This document shows positions 9,791 through 19,511 of a stretch of 64,000 bases of DNA, piece after piece. The DNA comes from an uncultured Acidobacteriota bacterium (GTDB lineage: Bacteria > Acidobacteriota > Terriglobia > UBA7540): positions 2,048,001-2,112,000 of the forward strand of contig CAWDSK010000006.1 of the NCBI GenBank assembly GCA_963804995.1, read 5' to 3'. Under the pieces are notes generated by a model. The model saw only the letters and a program-made list of their open reading frames with translations. It searched no databases and was not told the DNA's origin. A program made the translations under genes and the position numbers. How positions within the stretch are numbered: the stretch's first letter is position 1; every line of letters begins with the position of its first letter.

Positions 9791-9820
9791 CGCAGGGCTG
9801 GAAAGCGAGCCCTGCGCTAC
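9791..9820 (-). repeat. GTAG-type REP (GTAGCGCAGGGCT...AGCCCTGCG)
   Basis: GTAG foot plus GC-rich hairpin; sister copy at 41442-41471. Confidence 0.75.
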
Positions 9821-9857
9821 ATGCTGCCCAAGGCACCGAAGGGGGTTTAGCTGCGCT

Positions 9858-12296
9858 ATGCAAATCAGAACCCATTATGTGTTCCGTTCCATCCTGATCC
9901 TAGGATTCGGTGCCGCGTTGTGGGCGGCCACTCACGTGTCGCGCGTCGCGGGTGAGGCGGCGTCTCCACGCGCGCAAGCTTCATCCGGCACATCACTCGA
10001 AGTACAGGCCCACGCCGCACTTTCCGTCATCGATGGGAAAATCAAGCTCACCGGACTGCATCATCCCGTCACCGTGTTGCGCGATCGTTGGGGAGTGCCG
10101 CACATCTACGCCCAAGATCAGCACGACTTGTTTTTCGCCCAGGGCTTCGTCGCATCGCAGGACCGCCTGTTCCAGATGGAACTCTGGAAGCGCTTGGGGC
10201 AAGGGCGATTGGCGGAAATCTTCGGGCCCTCGATGCTCGAACGCGACGTGAACGCGCGGCGCCTGCGCTATCGTGGGGCGATGGCGGCTGAGTACGCGAG
10301 TTACTCTCCCGACACAAAGGAAATTCTGGAGGCCTTCACCGAAGGGATCAATGCTGAACATCCGATACCTCACGTCGCCAGGCGGCCCCGGCCTCCCCTT
10401 GGAATTCCGGCTCGCGGGCTTTTCCCCCGAGCCTTGGAAACCTGAGGACTGCATTCTGCGCATGGCGGGATTTCCCATGACCGGCAACGCGGCGCGCGAA
10501 CTTTTTCACGCTCAACTGGTGGCGCTGGTGGGAGCGGAGGGTGCCGCGAAGTTGCTGGACCTGGATCCCGCCGTCAAGCTCGATCCCGCCCCGGGCCTGG
10601 ACCTCACCGGCCTGACGGCTGATTTTCTGCGCAACCTGCCGGGAAGCGATGATCGCCTGGAATTTCCACCCGAGCCGGGAGTGCAGGGCAGCAACAACTG
10701 GACGGTGTCCGGCAAGCTGACCAGTACGGGGCGCCCGATTCTGGCGAACGATCCCCATCGCGGCATCGCCTTGCCCTCGCTGCGCTACGTCGTGCACCTG
10801 GTGGCGCCCGGTTGGGATGTTATTGGAGCCGGCGAACCGGCCTTGCCGGGCGTGGCGATTGGACACAATCAGCACGTCGCCTGGGGCATCACGATTTTTG
10901 CCGTGGACCAGCAGGACCTTTACGTTGAGACCATCGATCCCGCTGACCCGCTTCGTTACAAAACCGAAACGGGCTGGGAGCGGATGCGCGTGGAGGAGGA
11001 GGAAATCCGCATCAAGGGCAAGCCCTCCGTGCGAGCCCAGATGAAGTTCACTCGCCATGGCCCCGTGCTGTGGGAGGACCCGGCCCACCACCGCGTCCTG
11101 GCCCTGCGTTGGGTGGGAGCGGAACCGGGGACGGCGGGCTACCTGCCTTCCCTCGCCATCGATCGCGTCCAGAACTGGGAACAGTTTGAAGCGGCCATGC
11201 CGCGCTGGAAAGTGCCTCCGGAAAACATCGTCTACGCCGACACGGCGGGAAACATTGGCGAGCACTCCATGGGCCTCACGCCCCTGCGCAAGAATTGGTC
11301 AGGGCAACTGCCGGTGCCTGGAGACAAGGGATTATGAATGGTCAGGTTGGATTCCCGCCGCGAAATTGCCGCACCAGTTCAACCCCGCCGAGGGCTTCGT
11401 CGCCACCGCCAACCACAAAATGATTCCTGAGGATTACCCCTTTAAGGTGGGAAACGAATGGTCGCCTCCCTACCGCTTCCTGCGGATTCACGAAGTGTTG
11501 CGCGACGCCGCAACGCGAGGGAAAAAGCTGAGCGTAGAAGATTTGGGCCGCCTGCAAAGTGATGTCGTGTCACTGCCCGCGCGTGAGCTTCAGCCGCTGC
11601 TCGCACATGCGGTGGGCAACTCGCGTAATGCGGCGGCGCGCTTGCTGCTCGACTGGAACTGTTCACTCGATCGCGACTCTGCCGCGGCAGCGCTATTTGA
11701 ACTGTGGCTTCCGGAAGTCCAGCGCTCCGTATATCACCTTCTGGCGCAGCAAAGCGCTTGGGCACTTATGGAAGGTCATGGAGCATTGCCTGTCGTTATG
11801 CGCCACCTCGAGCACCCTGATGTGGCAACCTTCGGCCCTTCGCCTGAAGCCGCGCGCGACCGCTTGCTGCTCTCAACCCTCGCCATCGCCGTCGACAAAC
11901 TCAGCAGGCTTGAAGGCTCCGACCCCAAGCAGTGGTCCTGGGGAAAGATTCACGTCGTCCACTTCCGCCATCCTCTCGATCGCCTGCCCGGCGCAGCCGC
12001 GTTGATGGATTTGACGCCGCTGGCCAGACCAGGTGATGGTTTTACCGCCTGCGCCACCAGCTTCTCCGGAAATAGGCTTCGAGCAGACGCATGGGGCAAG
12101 CTATCGCGAGGTGATGGATGCGGCGGATTGGGACCGGTCGCAGGGGATCAATGTGCCGGGCGAAAGCGCCCAACCCGGCAGCCCTCACTATGGTGATTTG
12201 TATCCTCTCTGGATCGAGGGCAAATACTTCCCGCTCGTCTACTCTCGCCCCGCCGTGGAAAAGGAAACCACGGGGCGGTTGGTGCTGGCGCCGTGA
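9858..12296 (+). pseudogene. Penicillin acylase (Ntn-hydrolase, peptidase S45) family gene with three +1 frameshifts (~10359, ~11332, ~12074); pseudogene or sequencing error
   Basis: Family motifs fall in four consecutive ORFs: 'RDRWGVPHIYA...QDRLFQMELW', 'GSNNW...LANDPH', 'YEWSGWIP...FVATAN', 'GASYR...PGES'. Confidence 0.85.
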
Positions 12297-12313
12297 GAGG
12301 GGAAACCTTTGGG

Positions 12314-12400
12314 TCGGGTCATCGGTTCATCGGGCCATCGGGCCATTGAGTGATGGGTGATTTGCGATTGATGATTTGCGGATTGTGATTGGTGATTGAG
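12314..12400. repeat. Short tandem 7-8-mer repeats (catcgggc / tgattgg-like)
   Basis: gggtcatcggttcatcgggccatcgggccattg...gtgatttgcgattgatgatttgcggattgtgattggtgattgag. Confidence 0.55.
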
Positions 12401-12518
12401 GTCCGCCCGGAACACCCTTCTCCTGCCGCATGTACGGCGTAGCGGTTGCGGTAGGGATACCGGTTACCCGGTACCCCCCGCACGGATCCGTACGTGCGCT
12501 GGTTAGCGCATACGGCTC

Positions 12519-13955
12519 TTATCTCGGATGTGTGGCGGCGAACCGTTGGGATGGCCAAGGATGCACAACGTGCGGAGCAGGCAACCAGCAGGCCGCAAGC
12601 TTCCCCAGTCGGTCCCAGTTGAGGCGGTGGCGTTGACTGCGTTGACGCAGTTGTGTTCGCCACAGTCGGGTCAACCGTTCCCGAAAGATTCGCAGGCGGT
12701 CGAGGTTTCCCGGTACCGCGTGATAGTTGAAGTAGCCTTGCACGACCGACCGGAGCCATTTACCCGTATCCGCGATGGGATCGTGCCGACGCTGCCGGAG
12801 TTGTTGCTTGAGTTCCTGCAACTTCCCCCGCAGGCGCTTGCTGATCGTCTTCCGCTTCACGGTAAATTGCCCCCTCCGGTTCTTCCCGCTGATATGCGTG
12901 AAGCCCAGAAAGTCGAACGTCTCCGGCTTACCTTCTCCTCTCCGTTTCCGGTAAAGTTCGGCAAACGGCCCGAACTCGATCCGGCGCGTTTTGTCAGGAT
13001 GCAGTTCCAATCCAAACTTCCCCACCCGCTCCCGGAAATCCTCCAGAAAGCGGTCGGCTTCCGTCTGCGATTGGAATCCAAGGACCGTATCGTCGGCATA
13101 CCGCACCACGACCACGTCTCCCCGGGCGTGCTTCTTGCGCCACGCCTGCACCCACAGGTCAAAGACGTAGTGCAGATAGATATTCGCCAGCAGGGGCGAG
13201 ACCACCGCCCCTTGTGGCGTACCCATCTCCGTCTCCGACCATTCGCCTTCCTCCCTCACCCCGGCTTTCAGCCATTTCTGGATGAGCCGGAGAATCCGGG
13301 GGTCGGCGACGCGATGCTGCACGAACTTGAGCATCCATTCGTGGGATATCGAATCGAAAAATCCACGAATGTCCGCGTCAAGAACGTAGTTCACGTGCTT
13401 CACCGTGAGCGCGTACGAGAGCGCGTCCAGCGCTTGATGCTGGCTGCATCCCGGTCGAAAGCCATACGAGAAGCCCAGAAAGTCTTCCTCGTAAATCGCA
13501 TTGAGGATGGTGACCACGGCCTGTTGGACGATCTTGTCCTCCAGTGCCGCAACCCCCAACGGACGTTGCCGCCCGTCGCCTTTCGGGATATACGCCCTTC
13601 GCGAGGGCTTCGCTCGGAATGCTCCGCGGTGGACCCGGCTGTGCAGATCGACGAGTCGACCTTCCAGCCCGCTTTCATACTCCTGCCACGTCATGCCGTC
13701 TACTCCCGGTGCAGCTTTTCGCTTCAAGGCGTAAAAGCTTTCCCGCAGCAGATCGACCGTTAAGTGGTGGAGCAAGGCCGTGAACTTCATCTCCCTGTGT
13801 TCCTTCGCGGCTTTCCGCACACCCGCGAGTCCCTGGGACACGCGTGCCCCGCTCTGTGTCGGGTGCGTGTTAGGCCAACGGGTGTTCTCCTTGATCAGCG
13901 GCCTTCCCTCCTCATTCTCCGCCAACGGCTTCCCGTCTTTGTTCAAATGATTCAT
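12519..13955 (-). CDS. ltrA: Group II intron reverse transcriptase/maturase, no En domain; resembles bacterial class E
   Basis: 'APGVDG', 'YIPKGDGRQRPLG', 'SYGFRPG', 'GTPQG', 'RYADD', 'FDFLGF' motifs and maturase X region; stop codon abuts domain V. Confidence 0.95.
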   Translation of the reverse strand: MNHLNKDGKPLAENEEGRPLIKENTRWPNTHPTQSGARVSQGLAGVRKAAKEHREMKFTALLHHLTVDLLRESFYALKRKAAPGVDGMTWQEYESGLEGRLVDLHSRVHRGAFRAKPSRRAYIPKGDGRQRPLGVAALEDKIVQQAVVTILNAIYEEDFLGFSYGFRPGCSQHQALDALSYALTVKHVNYVLDADIRGFFDSISHEWMLKFVQHRVADPRILRLIQKWLKAGVREEGEWSETEMGTPQGAVVSPLLANIYLHYVFDLWVQAWRKKHARGDVVVVRYADDTVLGFQSQTEADRFLEDFRERVGKFGLELHPDKTRRIEFGPFAELYRKRRGEGKPETFDFLGFTHISGKNRRGQFTVKRKTISKRLRGKLQELKQQLRQRRHDPIADTGKWLRSVVQGYFNYHAVPGNLDRLRIFRERLTRLWRTQLRQRSQRHRLNWDRLGKLAACWLPAPHVVHPWPSQRFAATHPR

Positions 13956-14170
13956 CGGTACTGTTCCGCTGTCCGACTCCTCGAAAGCGTGCAGGCGGGC
14001 TGTACGGCCATCGCCTTTTCCCGCCGTCCGGCCACGATCTACGGCGGCCGGCGCCTCCGAGGTCTCCCGGTTCTCGTGCAGAAAGTGTCTAGGCGTGTCT
14101 GGGGTCTACGACTACGCAGGACTGTGCCGGAACTCGCGTTGGCGTCCCGGCCTCATGTTGCCTTCCGTTT

Positions 14171-14176
14171 AGTCTG
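14171..14176 (-). other. Candidate EBS1 (CAGACU) of the intron
   Basis: Loop of GCCGACGUUUU-CAGACU-AAACGGAAGGC; pairs with GGUCUG, the last 6 nt of the 5' exon at both insertion sites. Confidence 0.75.
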
Positions 14177-14611
14177 AAAACGTCGGCGTCCTGATTGGAC
14201 ATTTTCGAAGCTCAATACCCAGCCCACCTATTCCCCTGTTTACGCTTCACCGTGCGCCTCACGACGCCCAGCGCAAAACTCGGGGCCGAGTGGATCGCTG
14301 CTCCTTCCTCGTGAGAAATTTTCATTCTCTGCTTTCTGCCGGTTTATCCCGGCGCACCAGACCTCCGCCGTTGAGGTCTGCGGCTCTTCGTATGTCATCG
14401 GAGCGAATGGTGGGTGGCGAAGAACCAGCCTTTCAAACCAAGAACCGCGGCCCCCAAAACCGGGGGACCGCGCTACGAAACATCGCCGCCGGTAGCGGGG
14501 AAGCCTTGCGGCAGGCGGTCGGCAGTAACCACTGGCGCTGGCCCAAGCCGAACGGTTGCCGCGGCGACCCCTACGATGTGCGCGAAAATTCTTGTTGTTA
14601 AACACACCTTT

Positions 14612-14711
14612 CTCTGTGTCCTCTGCGGCCAGAAGAGCTTTCACACAGAGGCCACGGAGATACTCTGTGCGCTCTGTGTTGAAGCTTGAGAGGCACGGAG
14701 GACACAGAGAG
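14612..14711. repeat. ctctgtg/cacagag short-repeat palindromic element
   Basis: tctctgtgtcctctg...cacggaggacacagaga nested inverted repeats. Confidence 0.6.
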
Positions 14712-14884
14712 ATTCGTTTTGATTGCGGCCTCCTGCCGCGCTGCTACCTGCTAAATTGGTTGCGAGGTGACCCCCTCACCCGCCCCGGCGACTTTGAGTT
14801 TTGCGTTTTGCGCTTTGTGTTTTGACTTTCTCTTCCGGCTCTGCCGCGCTCCGCTCCCGGCTCGACTACCCCATCGAATTCCCC

Positions 14885-16387
14885 CTACGGCAGCGTGACC
14901 ACGGCCACGGCGAGGCCTCCCAGGGTTACCTCATCGCTGCGCAACTGGCCCTGCGCGGGCGGCTCGAACGCGGTCTGCTGATCGACTACTTCCATGCGGC
15001 CACCGGCGGCGCCGGGGATGGAAACCACCTGTGCCCAGAGGCGCTTATTGATCAGCAGCACCTTATGCTTGCCGTCGCGAGTCACGAAGCCTTGGATGAA
15101 CAGTTCCTCATCCGGCGGGTCGGTATCAACCAGTTTATCCCCAGGCCCGAAATTCTCGCGCAGAAGTTTCAGCACCCAGGCGCGCGCATTCGGTTTATTC
15201 AAGGCCCAGTCCACCAGGCTGACGCTGGGATACTGCGTCGGGTAGCCCACAAGCTGCGATTCCCCGACCACTTCGATCCCCATGCGGGCCAGCTCGCCGA
15301 AAGCGTAGGCGTAGAGCGCGCCTGAAAGGTTCCAAAAGAAATTGGGGATCGGCTTGACGACGTGCCCCGGTAGTGACTGAGTGCGATCATCGCCGGAGAT
15401 CGCCCCCAGCTCATCGATGTCCGTCTGCGTTTGGGGAGAGAGCCGCTGGCGAATGCTGTCCACGTAGCGCACCACATTCAGGAAACCATTCATCTGATCG
15501 AAGAAAGTGTACTGCTGGCCCTCTGGCGACTGCTCCGCCGTGGGGGAGGCGTAAAAGTGGTAGCTGACCATGTCCACAGGAATTCCCGGCTTGTGGTGGC
15601 GCGGATTCAAGAAATACTCAAAGATCTCCGGATGGTGTCCCGTCTCGTCCAGCGCCAGCGACACGAACTTCATGTGGGGCGCCACTTGCCGGACGGCTTC
15701 CACGATGGCGTCGTAGCTGGCCGTGTATTCCTGCGGGGTCATGGAGTGTTCGTCATCAACCTCGTTGAAAACTTCCCAGTAGTCGATTTTGTAGTGATGG
15801 TCGGAGGCGTGGAACTTTCCATACTCGTCCTTGAATCCACCCTGGGTGTACCAGCTCACCAGGCGCTGGTAGTAACCCGCCAACTCTTTGCGCGAGGGAT
15901 CACGCAACTCAGTTCCCTGCTGGTAGGTCCAGGTCACCTGGTCGGGATCCGCGGGATAGGGCACGGGCTCGGGGGTTTTGTACATCCATTGCGGGATGGC
16001 GCTGAAATTGATCACGACGGAATGGTCGGCGGTCGCTTCCATAAAGTCCGCCATGACGGGGTCGATCAGGGAAAAATCCCAGAATGTCTTGCCGTCGTGC
16101 GGCGGATCGAGTTCCGCCACCGACAGCTTGGGGTAAGGCAACCAGGGCACGTAACGGACGTAGTCGCAGCCCAGATCATGCAGGGTGCGGAAAGCCGCGT
16201 CGTGCATGGAGGCGCCCCGGCGCAGCATGGGGTTCACCACCACTTGCAAGGTGGGATTGGTACGGGAGACGCGCACCACTTTGTTCCAGTCGATTTTGAT
16301 TTTATTTGCGGAGTCAGCAGCCTGAAGTGCGGGGCTGATTGAGAAAAGTATAAGGATTGGTAGGACTAATAGGCTTCGATTCTTCAT
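14885..16387 (-). CDS. Secreted glycoside hydrolase, clan GH-A (GH39-like)
   Basis: Signal peptide; 'YWEVFNEVD' acid/base motif, 'VSYHFY', 'IDELG' nucleophile region. Confidence 0.75.
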   Translation of the reverse strand: MKNRSLLVLPILILFSISPALQAADSANKIKIDWNKVVRVSRTNPTLQVVVNPMLRRGASMHDAAFRTLHDLGCDYVRYVPWLPYPKLSVAELDPPHDGKTFWDFSLIDPVMADFMEATADHSVVINFSAIPQWMYKTPEPVPYPADPDQVTWTYQQGTELRDPSRKELAGYYQRLVSWYTQGGFKDEYGKFHASDHHYKIDYWEVFNEVDDEHSMTPQEYTASYDAIVEAVRQVAPHMKFVSLALDETGHHPEIFEYFLNPRHHKPGIPVDMVSYHFYASPTAEQSPEGQQYTFFDQMNGFLNVVRYVDSIRQRLSPQTQTDIDELGAISGDDRTQSLPGHVVKPIPNFFWNLSGALYAYAFGELARMGIEVVGESQLVGYPTQYPSVSLVDWALNKPNARAWVLKLLRENFGPGDKLVDTDPPDEELFIQGFVTRDGKHKVLLINKRLWAQVVSIPGAAGGRMEVVDQQTAFEPPAQGQLRSDEVTLGGLAVAVVTLP

Positions 16388-16460
16388 GGTGTCACCTTCG
16401 GAGGGGAATTAAAGTGATTCATTATTACTGAGCTTTGCATAATTAAGGTGAGGCAAAGAC

Positions 16461-16568
16461 CCCCTCACCCGTCCCGCCCCGGCTGGTGAAAGCGCCGGCG
16501 GCGGTCCACCCTCTCCCCCAAAGGGGCGAGGGTTGTAAATTCAAATCGACTCTCCCCTCGGAGAGGGC
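16461..16568 (+). repeat. CCCCTCACCC...CCCTCTCCC palindromic repeat, copy A
   Basis: Near-identical to 18164-18232; inverted, insert-bearing copy at 60587-60752; partial relatives near 14771 and 45527. Confidence 0.8.
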
Positions 16569-16607
16569 CATGCCTTGCGCGCACGCGCGGGCGCGAAGCG
16601 CCGGGGC

Positions 16608-18020
16608 TCAGATCCTGACCAGCGGAATTTTCATGACGGAGGCCAGCTTCTCGATTCGTCCCGCCAGGTGCCCCACCCCCAACGCGACGTGGTGCGTGGG
16701 AGCTTCGTGGCACCAACGATTGACGAACTCCGCGGGGGGCTGGGCAAATTTCAGCCGCGAGTTGGTGTTGCCGATGCGCAGCGTGGGGCCGGGTAGGGAT
16801 TCACCTTCCGCCATAAGCATTTTCAGTTTGCCTTCGGCAGTCTGCGTTACTCCCAAAATCGTGATGGGGCCTTTCGCGACTTTGAATTCCACCGATACCC
16901 CGTAGCCGCGCTTGCCGTGGTAAAGCCCCAGCCCGCGCAGGAGCGGGCGTTGATCACTGATGGTGATGTGCCCGGGCCCGTCGTGACCCATCAGCAGAAA
17001 GTCTTCGCGGAAATCCATGGCGTAGAATTCCGTGTAGGAGCCGCCCGCGCCGAACTGGTCGATGATCTTCATACCCAGACAGGTTTTGAGGTCCCCCTCT
17101 CCACTGGCGGGAATGCCACGCGCCGTGAGCAAGGAATTGCCCATAATCAGGCCCGCGCCCAGACGCTCGTATTCGTTGCCATCCAGGCCGCGGTAATAGT
17201 AGGTCAGGCCGTTGAGCGCGAAGTCCGCCACCAACCGGTCAAGACCCACGGCGGCCTGGGCTGACCAGACCAGGTCCTCCGGTTTGACGCTGGGGTCGAC
17301 GTCGAAGACGGCGCGCGCTTCCTCCAACTTCTTCTGCACCTCAGCATCGCCGACTGCAGGGACGCGCTTTTGGAGGTCGCACATCTCCAGGACTTCGACG
17401 TGCGCGCCCACTTGCCCGTGCACGGCGGTGAAGTCCGAATACATGTCGAGCATGCCGGGATAATTGTGGCCGAGGAACCCGATGCGGGCGCGGCGCAGGG
17501 TTCGCGCCACACCGGCGGCGGAGCACCAGTCTTCAATCTCGCGCCAGGCCGACGCGTCATCACGCAACATGCCGGAGACCACGCGGAGGTCGATTGAAGA
17601 GCGCGCAAAGGCGTTCGCGATTTCCGGCGCGCAGCAGGTGCAACAATTCGCCAGCCACTCGCCCGTGTCTGTCGCTTCGTAATCGAGCGCCGCAATGGGC
17701 TGAAGATTCAGCACCACCACCGGCACGCGCGCGCGCTGCACCACCGGCAAAACCTGCGAGGAGGTGGCGTAGGTCGCGATGTAACAGATGATCAGGTCAA
17801 CACCCTCGCGCCGGAAGAGGTCACCGGCTTCCTGGGCGCGCTCGGGCGTGTCCACCAGGCCGCTCGAAATTATTTTCGCCCCGAAGCCGGCGAGGCGGCT
17901 TTCCACTTCGCGCTGGTAGCCTTCCAGGCGCTCCTTGAGGCCGGGAAACTGCGGCCAGTAGGCGGCGAGGCCGATTCCAAAGACCCCGAGGTTGGCCGGG
18001 GTCTTGCTGCCGGAAGTCAT
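16608..18020 (-). CDS. L-fucose/L-arabinose isomerase family protein
   Basis: 'YPGMLDMYSD', 'GEGDLKT', 'MGHDGPGH', 'THHVALGVGH' motifs; AGGAG RBS before ATG at 18020. Confidence 0.85.
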   Translation of the reverse strand: MTSGSKTPANLGVFGIGLAAYWPQFPGLKERLEGYQREVESRLAGFGAKIISSGLVDTPERAQEAGDLFRREGVDLIICYIATYATSSQVLPVVQRARVPVVVLNLQPIAALDYEATDTGEWLANCCTCCAPEIANAFARSSIDLRVVSGMLRDDASAWREIEDWCSAAGVARTLRRARIGFLGHNYPGMLDMYSDFTAVHGQVGAHVEVLEMCDLQKRVPAVGDAEVQKKLEEARAVFDVDPSVKPEDLVWSAQAAVGLDRLVADFALNGLTYYYRGLDGNEYERLGAGLIMGNSLLTARGIPASGEGDLKTCLGMKIIDQFGAGGSYTEFYAMDFREDFLLMGHDGPGHITISDQRPLLRGLGLYHGKRGYGVSVEFKVAKGPITILGVTQTAEGKLKMLMAEGESLPGPTLRIGNTNSRLKFAQPPAEFVNRWCHEAPTHHVALGVGHLAGRIEKLASVMKIPLVRI

Positions 18021-18163
18021 GTTCACTCCTTGAAACCCGCGCTCATAGTATCTCGGAGTGCGCGCGGCTTCAAGCGCAGAGCGGCGGAGTCGCAACTAAA
18101 CTAGAAGGGGCGCTGCCATTTCCGTAGTTGCGTGCGGGTCCCGCTCCTGGGGTGGTGAAGTAA

Positions 18164-18232
18164 CCCCTCACCCGTCCCGCCCCGGCTGATGAAGACGCCG
18201 GCGGCGGTCCACCCTCTCCCCTCGGAGAGGGC
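18164..18232 (+). repeat. CCCCTCACCC...CCCTCTCCC palindromic repeat, copy B
   Basis: Same family and orientation as 16461-16568. Confidence 0.8.
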
Positions 18233-18367
18233 TATGATTTCTATCCTGTGTGGTTGAGCAAACCGGTAGCGCACAGTCTCGTAGGGGCACCCCACGAGAT
18301 GCGTTGGTTGCGGCCACGCCGCCCTGCGCTATCCCGCATGATTCACCGGTTGAACCGCCGCCAGGAA

Positions 18368-19096
18368 GTGAGTACACTGACCGCCGTGGCTCTCGACCAA
18401 CCTCTTTCCGAATCCGAACTCGAGGAACTGGAAAGCTTCCTTGATTCCGATCTCGTCCCGGAAGAAACGATGAACCTTTGCATGCTCAACGGCTATCTCA
18501 CCGCTATTGCCGTCGGGCCGGTCACGCTGCTTCCCAGCGAATGGTTCCCCAGGATTTGGGGCGAGGGAGATGAACCGGCCTTCGACTCTCTCGAGCACGC
18601 GCAGCGCATCTTTGATTTGATCACACGTTTCTACAACCATATCGTCCGGAAATTCATGAAGGCGCCCGAAGAATTCCAGCCCTTCTTGTACGAGGACGTG
18701 CAGGATGGCCAACCAACTCTTTCCGCAGAGGAGTGGTGCATTGGATTCAGCCTGGGGATTCATTTGAGGTCCGAAGCCTGGGAGCCACTCCTCAAGGACG
18801 AGGAGAATTCGGGGATACTTGCTGCAATCGTCGCCTTCTCCCTGGATGATGCCTGGGAAGAGGTCACCGAGGGTCGTGATCCGGTAGAGGTGCGTGACGA
18901 GTTAATCGGCTTGCTGCCGGCGACCGTGTTCGCAATCCATGCCTACTGGCAACCCCTTCGCCAGAAAAGAGCTGCCGGCCTGACGCCGGATTCCGTCCGC
19001 CTGGGTGGAAGCTCGAAATCCGGCCGCAATGCCCCTTGCCCCTGCGGCAGCGGGAAAAAGTTCAAAAATTGCTGCGGAGTCGCGGGTAAGAACTGA
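18368..19096 (+). CDS. YecA/UPF0149 family protein with C-terminal SEC-C motif
   Basis: 'PLSESELEELESFL...LNGYLTAIAVGP...EWCIGF' and 'GRNAPCPCGSGKKFKNCCG'; start uncertain. Confidence 0.9.
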   Translation: MSTLTAVALDQPLSESELEELESFLDSDLVPEETMNLCMLNGYLTAIAVGPVTLLPSEWFPRIWGEGDEPAFDSLEHAQRIFDLITRFYNHIVRKFMKAPEEFQPFLYEDVQDGQPTLSAEEWCIGFSLGIHLRSEAWEPLLKDEENSGILAAIVAFSLDDAWEEVTEGRDPVEVRDELIGLLPATVFAIHAYWQPLRQKRAAGLTPDSVRLGGSSKSGRNAPCPCGSGKKFKNCCGVAGKN

Positions 19097-19511
19097 ATCT
19101 CCCAACACGCGCCATCCGCCAGCAGGTGGATACAAGCGCAGCGCGGGGCAGCGGCAAACAAGGCGACTCGTAGGGGCACCCCATGGCTCAAGCTTGTCCA
19201 AATTATGCCCTACTTACACCAAGCTAATCATTATTAGGCCAATAAGTTGATAAAATGGCTTGAGATATTAGCCGCAGGTGGAGGAGTGACTTCCTGTCTG
19301 AAAAATAGGAGAACCCGCCCCGAGGTTTCGAATCGGAAAGCCGTTCCGACCCCTCCAATCGGTATGCGCCCTGAATTTCCTGGATGGAATTGAAGGATAT
19401 TGGAACATTCCGCCAACCTCTCTTGGCAAAGCGATTGCTGTGAATCTAAGCCTACCCGCCCGGTTCACGCGAAGCGCCGCAGGGCGGAACCTAAGCATCA
19501 GCGAGAACCTT

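Larger units (their letters stand above)
12445..14357 (-). mobile_element. Group II intron, copy 1 (1913 bp), inserted in a REP hairpin
   Basis: 5' end GTGCGCCGGGATAAACC; domain V GAGCCGTATGCG...CGTACGGATC with AGC triad; domain VI ending CCCTACCGCAAC; boundaries consistent with copy 2. Confidence 0.95.
12439..14476. repeat. Inverted REP doublet interrupted by intron copy 1
   Basis: Intron removed gives GTAGCG|CAGACCTCCGCCGTTGAGGTCTGCGGCTCTT ... AAGAACCGCGGCCCCCAAAACCGGGGGACCGCGCTAC. Confidence 0.85.

Noticed and set aside
10340..12080. Programmed ribosomal frameshifting in the acylase gene
   Set aside because: Three sites with no shared slippery sequence; error or decay is more parsimonious.
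12528..13763. 411-aa plus-strand ORF (and its twin at 34784-36019)
   Set aside because: Antisense shadow of the intron RT gene; no protein motifs.
12519..13955. Retron, DGR or defence RT
   Set aside because: Full group II intron RNA ends, domains V/VI and maturase domain are present; no TR/VR or msr-msd seen.
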